The notes beneath the pieces were generated by a model. It had not been told where the DNA came from. It saw only the letters and a list, made by a program, of their open reading frames with translations, and searched no databases. The translations under genes and the position numbers were made by a program. A stretch of DNA of 21,118 nucleotides from Candidatus Rifleibacteriota bacterium (GTDB taxonomy: Bacteria > Muiribacteriota > Ozemobacteria > Ozemobacterales > Ozemobacteraceae), in NCBI GenBank assembly GCA_051747585.1, contig JBNJGH010000061.1, positions 1-21,118 on the forward strand, given 5' to 3'. This document shows positions 1 through 8,231 of this stretch, piece after piece. Every line of letters begins with the position of its first letter. Positions within the stretch are counted from its first letter, which is position 1.

Positions 1-12
1 TTAAAAAATCTA

Positions 13-40
13 CTCTGTGCCCTCGGTGGCCTCAGTGGTT
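13..40. repeat. Short 9-bp-period tandem repeat (CTCNGTG x3) ending in GTT
   Basis: CTCTGTG (13-19), CTCGGTG (22-28), CTCAGTG (31-37), exact 9-nt spacing, in non-coding DNA. Confidence 0.6.
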
Positions 41-89
41 TAAATTCTATATTTGACAGAAAGAAATAAAACCAGAACTTTTTGTAACC

Positions 90-163
90 AGCTAATAATG
101 ATTGACCGAGAACTGCTACCTCTAAATCAGCAATTCTCGGTCAAGCGACTATCAGCTTTTTTT
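90..163. other. Long imperfect inverted repeat (terminator-like or structured RNA)
   Basis: Inner arms TTGACCGAGAACTGCT (102-117) / AGCAATTCTCGGTCAA (129-144), 15/16 complementary; outer arms AGCTAATAA (90-98) / CTATCAGCT (149-157); T7 tract at 157-163. Confidence 0.7.
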
Positions 164-287
164 GGGAAACAGAATATGCCTTACACAAAGCCTCCAAGGC
201 TCTGAGGAATACAAAGACAGGTTGTGATTTTTTGTTAGGAGTCTGTTGTGGTTGTTTTTTGTCAAGGATTAGACTAATTTAAGCTCG

Positions 288-1451
288 ATGAAGCAGAAAA
301 CATTTAAAATTCTTGGTATGATGAGTGGCACCAGCGGCGATGGTATCGATGGCTCTCTGGTCGAATTCGGGCAAAATAACGAATTTAAATTGTTATGGCA
401 TGATTCAGCGGAGTTCACAGCCAAAGCAGGAATTAGATTGCAGAAGCTTATGCAAAAAGCTGATGCCCGGGAAGTTTTGCTCGGAAGTTCTTATGTCGCA
501 AATCTCTATGCAGATGCAGTAACAAAGTTTTTCCACCGAAACAAAGAAAAGCCCGACTATCTGGCGGTTCATGGGCAAACGGTCTGGCACTGTCCGGAAA
601 AACAAAATTGGGATGGCTATGACTTAACCGGATCTTTGCAATTAATGAATGGATCGCTTCTTGCTTTAAAAACAGGTTTGCCGGTTATCAGCAATTTTAG
701 AGAGGCGGATATGGCCGCAGGCGGGCAGGGTGCCCCCCTTGTTCCATTTGGCGATCGCATTTTCTTTGGAAAAAATATGAGTAGTGATCGGGTCATATTA
801 AATGTTGGTGGAATTGCCAATATTACAGTCTTGAAATGTCGCGAGACCGGTGCAATAGTGTCAGCAGCCTTTGATACCGGACCTGGCAATATGTTGATGG
901 ATGCTTTTTGCAACATGAGCAGCAATGGCACAATGAAATTCGATGAAAATGGTAAACTGGGTGCACAGGGCGAGGTGGTTGAACCTGTTGTAAAGAAAGT
1001 TCTGGATCAGAATTTTTTTAAGGCTGATCCACCAAAATCTACAGGGCGAGAAATGTTTGGCCTTAAAGGTTTGCGACTTATTTTAAAATTATTTCCTGCT
1101 GAAACCAACAGAGAAGCGATAATTTCAACTTTACTGGAAATAACTGTCAGGTCTGTAGTCATGGCTCTTTTAAACAAAAAGATCAGTATTTCTTTGCCGG
1201 CAAAACTTGTAGTCGCCGGTGGCGGAGCTTTTAACAGGGAGTTGTTAAAAAGATTGAAATATCAACTCAAAGACAGGTTTGAAGTTATAACTGCCGAGAG
1301 CCTTGGGGTGCCGGTAATGGCTAGAGAGGCTATGTGTTTCGCAGCTCTGGGCAACGCTTTTGTCAGAAAAGTTCCTGCAAACGTACCACAGGCAACGGGT
1401 GCAAGGGGAAAAGTCATTCTAGGGCAATTGAGCCGACCTTTTATTCTATAA
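288..1451 (+). CDS. anmK: Anhydro-N-acetylmuramic acid kinase
   Basis: AnmK motifs GMMSGTSGDGID, HGQTVWH, DMAAGGQGAPLVP, LNVGGIANIT, FDTGPGNMLMD, PPKSTGRE, GGGAFN, NVPQATGA; 387 aa. Confidence 0.96.
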   Translation: MKQKTFKILGMMSGTSGDGIDGSLVEFGQNNEFKLLWHDSAEFTAKAGIRLQKLMQKADAREVLLGSSYVANLYADAVTKFFHRNKEKPDYLAVHGQTVWHCPEKQNWDGYDLTGSLQLMNGSLLALKTGLPVISNFREADMAAGGQGAPLVPFGDRIFFGKNMSSDRVILNVGGIANITVLKCRETGAIVSAAFDTGPGNMLMDAFCNMSSNGTMKFDENGKLGAQGEVVEPVVKKVLDQNFFKADPPKSTGREMFGLKGLRLILKLFPAETNREAIISTLLEITVRSVVMALLNKKISISLPAKLVVAGGGAFNRELLKRLKYQLKDRFEVITAESLGVPVMAREAMCFAALGNAFVRKVPANVPQATGARGKVILGQLSRPFIL

Positions 1452-2727
1452 AATCAATCTGCATGATTCTGTAATCGATATTATCCAGATTAACCAGAGA
1501 TATATCGGAGGGTGCATCGATTAATATATCTTTAGTCTGTAACTCAAATAATCTTTGGTTACTGAGTAGCTTCTTGATGAAAGTATTTTCTTTGCCGTTT
1601 TTATATTTGAGTTTTATTTTAATTAAAATTTGTTTGATTTGCCGTTCGGTAAGATTTTTGCAATGCACTTTAAGAAGTTGTTTGTTAAGACTTGGATCAA
1701 TTTTAATTTCCAGACTGCTGGCAACAGTCTGGTCGAGAATCTCATTCCAGGTATCTTTAAGGGGCGAGTCGATGGCAAATTTATTGAGATACTGCTTGTG
1801 TAGATCCATTACCTGAGCGTTAAATCCTCGTTGTTTCATGACAATGGCTATGGGAATAAGCCACATAGGCTTTTTTGTGCGGAAAAACTCATTTAAACAG
1901 CGGCTCAGCACTTCAACCTGACGTTCGGGTTTAAGTGCAAGTTCTTTTTGCGTTTCAAGATTGTAGAATGCAGGGGAATAAGGGTCTGAATACTGCTCTT
2001 TTCCGTTTGGAGGCTTTATTTTCATTGCCAGACTGACCCACTGCTGAAGAGTTACCCGGTTAATTTCATCCTGCATGGCAAATTCGAAATAGCCCGAACC
2101 ATTTGTTCTGAATACTCGACCTACATAGCCCCTCTGCCCGGGGGTGGGAAGGATAAAGCCCCGATAGTGAGCACTCCACCTCGCTTCAAAAATTTTGCTG
2201 GCAATTCCTTCGGTAGCATAAAACTGGGCTTTAAACATCAGCCGTATTGGATGCCAGGTTGCTCTTAGTATAACCTGGAGAAATTTAAAAACATTGTTGG
2301 GCATGAACCATCGGGCGAAACCGGTTGAGGTGTAATTGAGTTCTATGTCTTCTTTGAGGCTGATGGCAGAAATGGTTTTGGTGAGTCGTAAAGGATCACA
2401 GGAAAATTTGATGAAATTTTCTTTGATTTTAATTGGGGTATATTCTACGGGAATCTTAAACTCAACCCCATTTATATTTACTTTAAAAGTCTGTCCAACA
2501 GGAGTGGTTTGGACCAGATCAATTTTATGGGGAGGGGATAAAAAAATTTCAGGAGGTATTTTGAGTTTTTCAACAAAATGATCCCGGGCAAGAACCGGTA
2601 AAAGAATAAAGAAAAAAAAGGGAATAAAAGCGATTAACGAAACTATTATCCCTTTTTGAACGGGGGTAAGCCCCTCTTCTTCTTCCTGCCAGTATTTTTT
2701 TTTCTGCTTTTTCTTATCTTTAGCCAT
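1441..2727 (-). CDS. Hypothetical single-pass membrane protein
   Basis: 428-aa ORF; charged N-terminus, one hydrophobic segment (IIVSLIAFIPFFFFILLPVLA), large soluble domain; ATG abuts the upstream stop codon; 3' end overlaps anmK by 11 nt. Confidence 0.8.
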   Translation of the reverse strand: MAKDKKKQKKKYWQEEEEGLTPVQKGIIVSLIAFIPFFFFILLPVLARDHFVEKLKIPPEIFLSPPHKIDLVQTTPVGQTFKVNINGVEFKIPVEYTPIKIKENFIKFSCDPLRLTKTISAISLKEDIELNYTSTGFARWFMPNNVFKFLQVILRATWHPIRLMFKAQFYATEGIASKIFEARWSAHYRGFILPTPGQRGYVGRVFRTNGSGYFEFAMQDEINRVTLQQWVSLAMKIKPPNGKEQYSDPYSPAFYNLETQKELALKPERQVEVLSRCLNEFFRTKKPMWLIPIAIVMKQRGFNAQVMDLHKQYLNKFAIDSPLKDTWNEILDQTVASSLEIKIDPSLNKQLLKVHCKNLTERQIKQILIKIKLKYKNGKENTFIKKLLSNQRLFELQTKDILIDAPSDISLVNLDNIDYRIMQIDFIE

Positions 2728-3873
2728 TTACAACCCGTTGGTGCCGTCGATACTTCCCTGTAAATCGTTTAACATGGTATCTGCATCTTCAATTAACTGA
2801 CTATCAGGAAACTTTTGTTTTATGGTTGAAAAAGCTTCTATTGCTTTTTCTATTCGATTGAGAGCGATGAGAATTTCTCCTCTGATAAAAAGAAATCTAT
2901 CTTGCAGAGAAAATGTTTTATTGCTGAACGGATGTTGATTAAGTAGTTCCAGGGCTTCGTGCCATTTATTTTGTTGGGTAAGGCTCAACACGTCAATTAA
3001 AAAGGAAAGTTCTTCTTTGTTGTTAATGTTGGCAGAAATGAATTCTATTTCCTGCTGAGCTTCATTGGTTCTTTCGTTTTGTTTAAATTCAAGTACAATT
3101 TTCTGAAAAAGTTTGAGGGCTTCATCGAAATTTTTATTGAACTTTTCTGCCTGAGCCAGGCCAAAGATAGCTTCTATAAAAGCCTCATTAGTAAGTCGAC
3201 CCGTAGAAGATGAAACGGCTTTGTTATAATAATCGACTGCTTCCTGGTAAGAGCCTTGATAATAAGCAAAGGCGGCCCTGTTCATCAGAACATTAAAATG
3301 GCTGTCATGGGTAAAGCCTTTATCCATTAATTCAAGGTTCTGGTTTTCGAGTTTGTAAAATTCAAGTCGGTACAGGTCGGGTGGTCCGAAATCATGGAAA
3401 GAAACTTTGAATTTAGCGCAGATAGCCGGATGGTTGTTACGTGAGGTAAGAATGATTTTTCGACAAATTATGTCAGGCAGCATCTGCTGTTTTTGGGGGG
3501 GGTAAATTCTGGTAAAATTTTCTTTAGTGCTGTAAATATAGGGCATGACATCTGTGCCGTCGGGATGCATGAGAGTAGCAATTATTTCAGCCTGCTCATC
3601 GGAGTCAAGATCGAAACGACGCAGTTTAGAGGGCTGCAGGCCATAAAAAGAGTCGATTACCTGGCGGCGACCGCCCGGTCGGGTAAGAACAAGCTGTGAA
3701 GCTTTTGTTCCGGATTGGCTGGTACTTTGTATCAGTTGCATGCTTCCTATTCCCTTTAAAATGATGGTGGGAACTTCTGCAGGCCGGGCATGAAGTGAAC
3801 TGATTTTAAAAATAGTTGTTATGAAACAGAAAACAATTACAAAAGCAAAAATATGAAAAAAAAACTTCTTCAA
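2728..3873 (-). CDS. Secreted TPR-repeat protein (CpoB/BamD-style TPR motifs in the C-terminal half)
   Basis: TTG start overlapping the upstream TGA (TTGA); signal-like N-terminus; TPR patterns AYYQGSYQEAVDYYNKAV, ALKLFQKIVLEF, AIEAFSTIKQKFPDSQLIEDA; DLDSDEQAEI resembles a DxDxD Ca-binding loop. Confidence 0.8.
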   Translation of the reverse strand: MKKFFFHIFAFVIVFCFITTIFKISSLHARPAEVPTIILKGIGSMQLIQSTSQSGTKASQLVLTRPGGRRQVIDSFYGLQPSKLRRFDLDSDEQAEIIATLMHPDGTDVMPYIYSTKENFTRIYPPQKQQMLPDIICRKIILTSRNNHPAICAKFKVSFHDFGPPDLYRLEFYKLENQNLELMDKGFTHDSHFNVLMNRAAFAYYQGSYQEAVDYYNKAVSSSTGRLTNEAFIEAIFGLAQAEKFNKNFDEALKLFQKIVLEFKQNERTNEAQQEIEFISANINNKEELSFLIDVLSLTQQNKWHEALELLNQHPFSNKTFSLQDRFLFIRGEILIALNRIEKAIEAFSTIKQKFPDSQLIEDADTMLNDLQGSIDGTNGL

Positions 3874-4895
3874 GCTGAATTCCTCTTTATACTCTTATTT
3901 ACCTGAGATTTCATTTTCTCTATTGCTTCCCGGGCAAGTTCTTCAATCGGTATTTCTCGACTGCAACCTGAGGCGGGAACATGTCCGCCTCCGCCCATGG
4001 AGACGGCTACTTCTTTAACATCTATGCCCCCTCTGGATCTGAATTCACAGAAGGACATACCATCTTCCCGTTCAAAAATGACCAGCGAAGCTTTGGTAGA
4101 TTTCATGGAGAGTGGAATATTAAAAATGCCACTGGCAAATATATTTTTAATACCTGCATTGAGTTTTTTAAGGTCTTTTTGCGTTATTACCAAAGTTGAA
4201 AGGCGGTTATCGCATTCAAGCTTAAAGTTCGCCAGGCCAAACCCCTGAACTCGAAGATCTGCTTCAGATCGGTTAGAATTGAGCATATTCATTATCGGCG
4301 ATTTATCCATGCCGGTTTCTAGAAGACAAGCTGCAGCCAGATGTGTTTCGGGCCTGATTCCCTCATTCTGAAATGAGCGTGAATCTGTTATCAGTCCCAG
4401 CATGAGACTTAAAGCTATGTCTTTGTCTATTGGCAAGCCTGCATAAGATAGCAGCCCGGTAATCATTTCGCAGGTAGATGAGGCCGAGGTGTCTACCAGA
4501 TTCATATCGCCAAAATAATTGTTGCTGGCGTGATGATCTATATTTATCAGGTTTTTGTGATCAACAGTCGGTTTGAATTTTATTCCGCTTCTGGTTTCAT
4601 CACCGGCATCGAGAACAATTATAAGATCATGATCAGAATCAATCCGGTCTGTTTTGTAAAGTTTGACCTCAGGAAAAGCAAAGGCAAATTGATTGGGAAC
4701 ACCATCTAACAAGGCGACTTCAACCTGTTTGCCGGCTTTGCTGAGAGATTTACAAAGCCCGGCTACCGAACCAATAGCATCGCCATCGGGACGAACATGT
4801 GAAGAAAGCAGAAAAGTTCTGCTGTTGTTAATCTTTTCTATTATTTTATCAGCATCGGGTTTGAGTTCATCGGGAACTATGTTTGAGTATTGCAT
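3870..4895 (-). CDS. nrnA: DHH/DHHA1 phosphoesterase (NrnA-like oligoribonuclease/pAp phosphatase)
   Basis: Motifs SHVRPDGDAIGS, VLD, NIDHH, GLITDSRSF, and DHHA1 FRSR...GGGGHVPASG; 341 aa, stand-alone. Confidence 0.9.
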   Translation of the reverse strand: MQYSNIVPDELKPDADKIIEKINNSRTFLLSSHVRPDGDAIGSVAGLCKSLSKAGKQVEVALLDGVPNQFAFAFPEVKLYKTDRIDSDHDLIIVLDAGDETRSGIKFKPTVDHKNLINIDHHASNNYFGDMNLVDTSASSTCEMITGLLSYAGLPIDKDIALSLMLGLITDSRSFQNEGIRPETHLAAACLLETGMDKSPIMNMLNSNRSEADLRVQGFGLANFKLECDNRLSTLVITQKDLKKLNAGIKNIFASGIFNIPLSMKSTKASLVIFEREDGMSFCEFRSRGGIDVKEVAVSMGGGGHVPASGCSREIPIEELAREAIEKMKSQVNKSIKRNSA

Positions 4896-6264
4896 TTACA
4901 TCCTCTGCCATTTCTTTACATCTATATTCAATGTATTTTTTTATGAAAGTCGAAGCCTCTGATTTTGGTAAATCAATGAGATTGTCTTTATCATGTTTTT
5001 CTTTGTATTCTTTTTGCATTTCTTTAACCTCTATGCTGGCCCTTTCAAGATGATCGGCCATCAGATCTCTGATTTCAAACCAGGACGTCAGACGAGGCTC
5101 AAATTTACTGTATTCAAGCTGAACGTAGGGCGCTTTGAGGTTGGGGTCGCGTTTTTGTGCTTCAAGAAAATAATCGCTTTTTAGTGAGGATTTTCTAACG
5201 GGTATATAGGTGGTTCTAACGCTCCACTCTGCACCAATTTCTGTTGAGGTAAACCATTTGATGAAGTCCCAGGCGCCGGCTATTTTCGCAGGATCACCGT
5301 TATCAAAGATATTAATATTACTACCTGATAAAATAACCCCTTTTTCTACTTGTTCAGGCAGCGGCGCAACGGCAAAATCAAAGTCGATACTGTTTTCCAT
5401 AAAAACTTTACTGACTATACTACTTTCGATTATAGCGCATTTCCCGGCAATAAAGTCGTTCTGATGGTCGAAGCCTTGCCCTTCACGGGCCACTTCCTTA
5501 AAAAGCATGGTTTGTAATGCCAGCAAGGCATTTATAGCTGGTTCCTGGTCGAAAAAGCTTTTTTTAGCATCTTCCGAAACTATTTTACCGCCAAATTGTA
5601 AAACTCGGTTAAGATAATTCCAGACATTCGATTTGCTGCAGCCATACCCATAAATTCCAAGGTCTGGACCGGGGCGGGACTTATAATATCTGGTAATTGT
5701 TTCCGCATATTCCGCAAGATCATCAAGAGTTTTTGGCGGCTTGTCAGGATCAAGGCCGACTTCTTCAAACATGTCTTTATTGTAATAAAGAACCGGAACA
5801 CTCTTATTGAAGGGAAACGAGTAGAGTTTACCATTGAAGGTGTTGTTTCTAAGCAGAACAGGTATAATATCAGCTTTTATGTCTTCTGATTCGGACGCTA
5901 TAAGTCTATCGAGGCAAACGATTTTGTCATGTTTAATAAACTTTTTAGTCAGAGTTTCATAGTTCTGGGAAATATCGGGAGCCTCACCTGCTACCAGTGA
6001 AGCCAGAACTTTTTTAGCGAGTGTATCGTAACTACCCATACTTACAGCTTTAATGTAATAATCCTGCTGACTGTTGTTATATCGATCGATCAGATCAGTC
6101 ATGACTCTTCCGAGCGGACCGCCCATTGCATGCCAGAAAACTATGGTTACTCTTTCACTATGGGAGTTATCCCCCTCCTTACCTGTTGTTGCATTTTCGT
6201 GCTTTATTATTAAACCAACTATAATTAGCCAGACGATAAAGACACCTATTAGAAAGTTGCGCAT
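4867..6264 (-). CDS. ABC transporter solute-binding protein, family 1 (UgpB-like)
   Basis: IVFWHAMGGPLG, PFNKSVPVLYYNKDMF, AWDFIKWFTS, TYIPVRKS typical of UgpB-like SBPs; SD AAGGAG upstream; follows two permeases. Confidence 0.9.
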   Translation of the reverse strand: MRNFLIGVFIVWLIIVGLIIKHENATTGKEGDNSHSERVTIVFWHAMGGPLGRVMTDLIDRYNNSQQDYYIKAVSMGSYDTLAKKVLASLVAGEAPDISQNYETLTKKFIKHDKIVCLDRLIASESEDIKADIIPVLLRNNTFNGKLYSFPFNKSVPVLYYNKDMFEEVGLDPDKPPKTLDDLAEYAETITRYYKSRPGPDLGIYGYGCSKSNVWNYLNRVLQFGGKIVSEDAKKSFFDQEPAINALLALQTMLFKEVAREGQGFDHQNDFIAGKCAIIESSIVSKVFMENSIDFDFAVAPLPEQVEKGVILSGSNINIFDNGDPAKIAGAWDFIKWFTSTEIGAEWSVRTTYIPVRKSSLKSDYFLEAQKRDPNLKAPYVQLEYSKFEPRLTSWFEIRDLMADHLERASIEVKEMQKEYKEKHDKDNLIDLPKSEASTFIKKYIEYRCKEMAEDVNAILKHSSR

Positions 6265-6266
6265 TT

Positions 6267-7232
6267 TTACTCCTTCATTCCTGTCATTGCCTGTGATTCA
6301 ACAAATTGTCGCTGTGCAAGGAAGTATAAAATTACAAGGGGAAGAATGGTCATGGTTGAAGCAGCCATCAGCGGGCCCCATTTGGTCCCGGCTTCACTCG
6401 AAAAATAACTCAGCCCGACCTGAATAACTCTTAAGTTCGTGTCGTTGGTAACGATTAATGGCCAGATAAAGCTGTTCCAGTTTGCCAGAAAGCAGAATAC
6501 ACCCAGAGTGACCATCGGCGGCTTGCTTAATGGTAGAACAACTTTATAGTAAAATTGAAATCGGTTACAACCATCTATAATTGCCGCTTCAAAAAGATCT
6601 TTGGGAAGCTGGAGAAAAAATTGTCTTAAAAAGAAGACTGAATAGGCAGTAGCGAGCCAGGGAACGATCAAAGCAAGGTAAGAGTTAATCCAGCCCAGTT
6701 TTGATAAGAAGATATAGTTGGGAATCAATAATGCTTGTTGCGGAATCATCATGGTTCCAAGCATCATCATGAAAACAGTATTTTTAAACGGAAACTTGAA
6801 AAAGGCAAAGGCGTAGGCCGCCAGTGAAGCAAAAAACAGTGAGCCTACGGTAACGGTTATGGCTACGAAAAGTGTGTTTAAAAAGAAGCGATAAAATGGT
6901 TGAGCTTCGAGCGCATAACGGTAGTTATCCCAGAAGCTGAACGGCTTTTGAATCTTTTTGCTACGCTGTTCGCGAGGTTTGGCCTGTTCTTTTATAAAAA
7001 GGTCGTCTTTTTCCTTTTTGCGTTCGATGCGTTCGCTATCTTCAGGGCTGTTTAGGACGTCAGGCCTGAGGCTGTCTGGTAGTATCGAAATTGTATTTGA
7101 GGTGCTTAGAATTTCTTCTTCACTTTTAACCGAGGTTGTCAGCATCCAGATGAAGGGGAAAAGCATAAAAATAGAACCGATAATTAATATAATGTGAACC
7201 GGAATATGTTCGGGGTGTTTAATTTTTTTCAT
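6267..7232 (-). CDS. CUT1 ABC transporter permease (UgpE/MalG-like)
   Basis: PFIWMLTTSVKS, EAA loop LPKDLFEAAIIDGC, WNSFIWPLIV, multiple TM segments. Confidence 0.93.
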   Translation of the reverse strand: MKKIKHPEHIPVHIILIIGSIFMLFPFIWMLTTSVKSEEEILSTSNTISILPDSLRPDVLNSPEDSERIERKKEKDDLFIKEQAKPREQRSKKIQKPFSFWDNYRYALEAQPFYRFFLNTLFVAITVTVGSLFFASLAAYAFAFFKFPFKNTVFMMMLGTMMIPQQALLIPNYIFLSKLGWINSYLALIVPWLATAYSVFFLRQFFLQLPKDLFEAAIIDGCNRFQFYYKVVLPLSKPPMVTLGVFCFLANWNSFIWPLIVTNDTNLRVIQVGLSYFSSEAGTKWGPLMAASTMTILPLVILYFLAQRQFVESQAMTGMKE

Positions 7233-7250
7233 AATTTCTTCTTCCCCCCT

Positions 7251-8129
7251 TTATGAGTAGTGAACTTTCTTTTCAAGATATAGTTTGTTGAAAAGAGTAA
7301 CTGAGAAAATAATCATAAACAACACGAAGGCTGCCGCAAGTGCATAGCCGAATTCGAACTGTTCAAAAGCTTTTTTGTAAAGGTAATAGACAATGACCAT
7401 GGTGCTTTTTAACGGGCCGCCACGAGGTGTCATCATGTATATCTGAGCGAATACCTGGAATGAACCAATACTTGATATTACAAAAATAAAGAAAGTAGTC
7501 GGTGACAACAAGGGCCAGGTAATATGGCGAAATTGCTGCCATCGACTTGCACCGTCAATTCGCGCTGCTTCGTAAAGATGCTTGGGAATGTTCTGTAGTC
7601 CCGCAAGAAAAATAATTACGTTATAACCCAGGCCTTTCCAGACACTCATAAAGATAATGCATGGCATAGCCCAGAAAGGGTCCTGAAGCCATGTTTGTGC
7701 CGAAATATCGAAAATTGCCAGAATTTTGTTAAGAAGTCCGAAATCAGGATGATAAATGAAGTTCCAAACAATTGCTACGGCGTTTATAGAGGTAATAACC
7801 GGTATAAAGTAAATTGTTCGGTATATACCTATCCCTTTAATTGGGTTGTTAAGTAAGAGGGCAATCACAAGAGCGCAGATTATAGAAAGGGGCACACTTA
7901 CAATTGCAAAATAAAGGGTGTTCCAAATTGATTGGTAAAAAAGAGGGTCGTCTAATAGTCTGGAATAATTTCCCCCGCCCACAAATTCAGGGCTACCTAT
8001 GAGATCCCATTCGTAAAAACTGACTATAAAGGAATAAAAAATGGGTAAGACATGAAAGCAGAAAAGAATTACAATGACGGGCATCAAGTATAAATATGCG
8101 CCCCAGTCTTTGTTTTTTTTGTTTGGCAT
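7251..8129 (-). CDS. CUT1 ABC transporter permease (UgpA/MalF-like)
   Basis: EAA loop LQNIPKHLYEAARIDGAS, FRHITWPLLSPT, YRTIYFIPVITS, multiple TM segments. Confidence 0.93.
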   Translation of the reverse strand: MPNKKNKDWGAYLYLMPVIVILFCFHVLPIFYSFIVSFYEWDLIGSPEFVGGGNYSRLLDDPLFYQSIWNTLYFAIVSVPLSIICALVIALLLNNPIKGIGIYRTIYFIPVITSINAVAIVWNFIYHPDFGLLNKILAIFDISAQTWLQDPFWAMPCIIFMSVWKGLGYNVIIFLAGLQNIPKHLYEAARIDGASRWQQFRHITWPLLSPTTFFIFVISSIGSFQVFAQIYMMTPRGGPLKSTMVIVYYLYKKAFEQFEFGYALAAAFVLFMIIFSVTLFNKLYLEKKVHYS

Positions 8130-8198
8130 TACTTTATCCTGAAGTGAAAATTTTGATTTGGTTAAAAACCATAAATTACTTTATTTAACTAGAGAGTT

Positions 8199-8228
8199 AT
8201 AATGCTTTTACAGCAGTCTGAATGTCAA
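8199..8228 (-). promoter_or_regulatory. Possible sigma70-type promoter for the ABC-nrnA-TPR gene group
   Basis: Minus strand TTGACA (8228-8223), 18 nt spacer, CATTAT (8204-8199), in the largest gap (102 nt) of the minus-strand run. Confidence 0.45.
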
Positions 8229-8231
8229 CCT

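Noticed and set aside
90..160. Minus-strand GATAGTCGCT plus hairpin as the start of RNase P RNA, or as SRP RNA
   Set aside because: No GAGGAAAGTCC RNase P motif and no SRP-type GGAA tetraloop with AGCAG context follow
240..265. Perfect TTGACA on the minus strand (265-260) as promoter for the hairpin RNA
   Set aside because: No acceptable -10 hexamer at 16-18 nt spacing
3495..3502. G8 homopolymer (also G7 at 10155-10161) as phase-variation tracts
   Set aside because: Short, in frame, and explained by Tyr-Pro-Pro codons; no evidence of slippage
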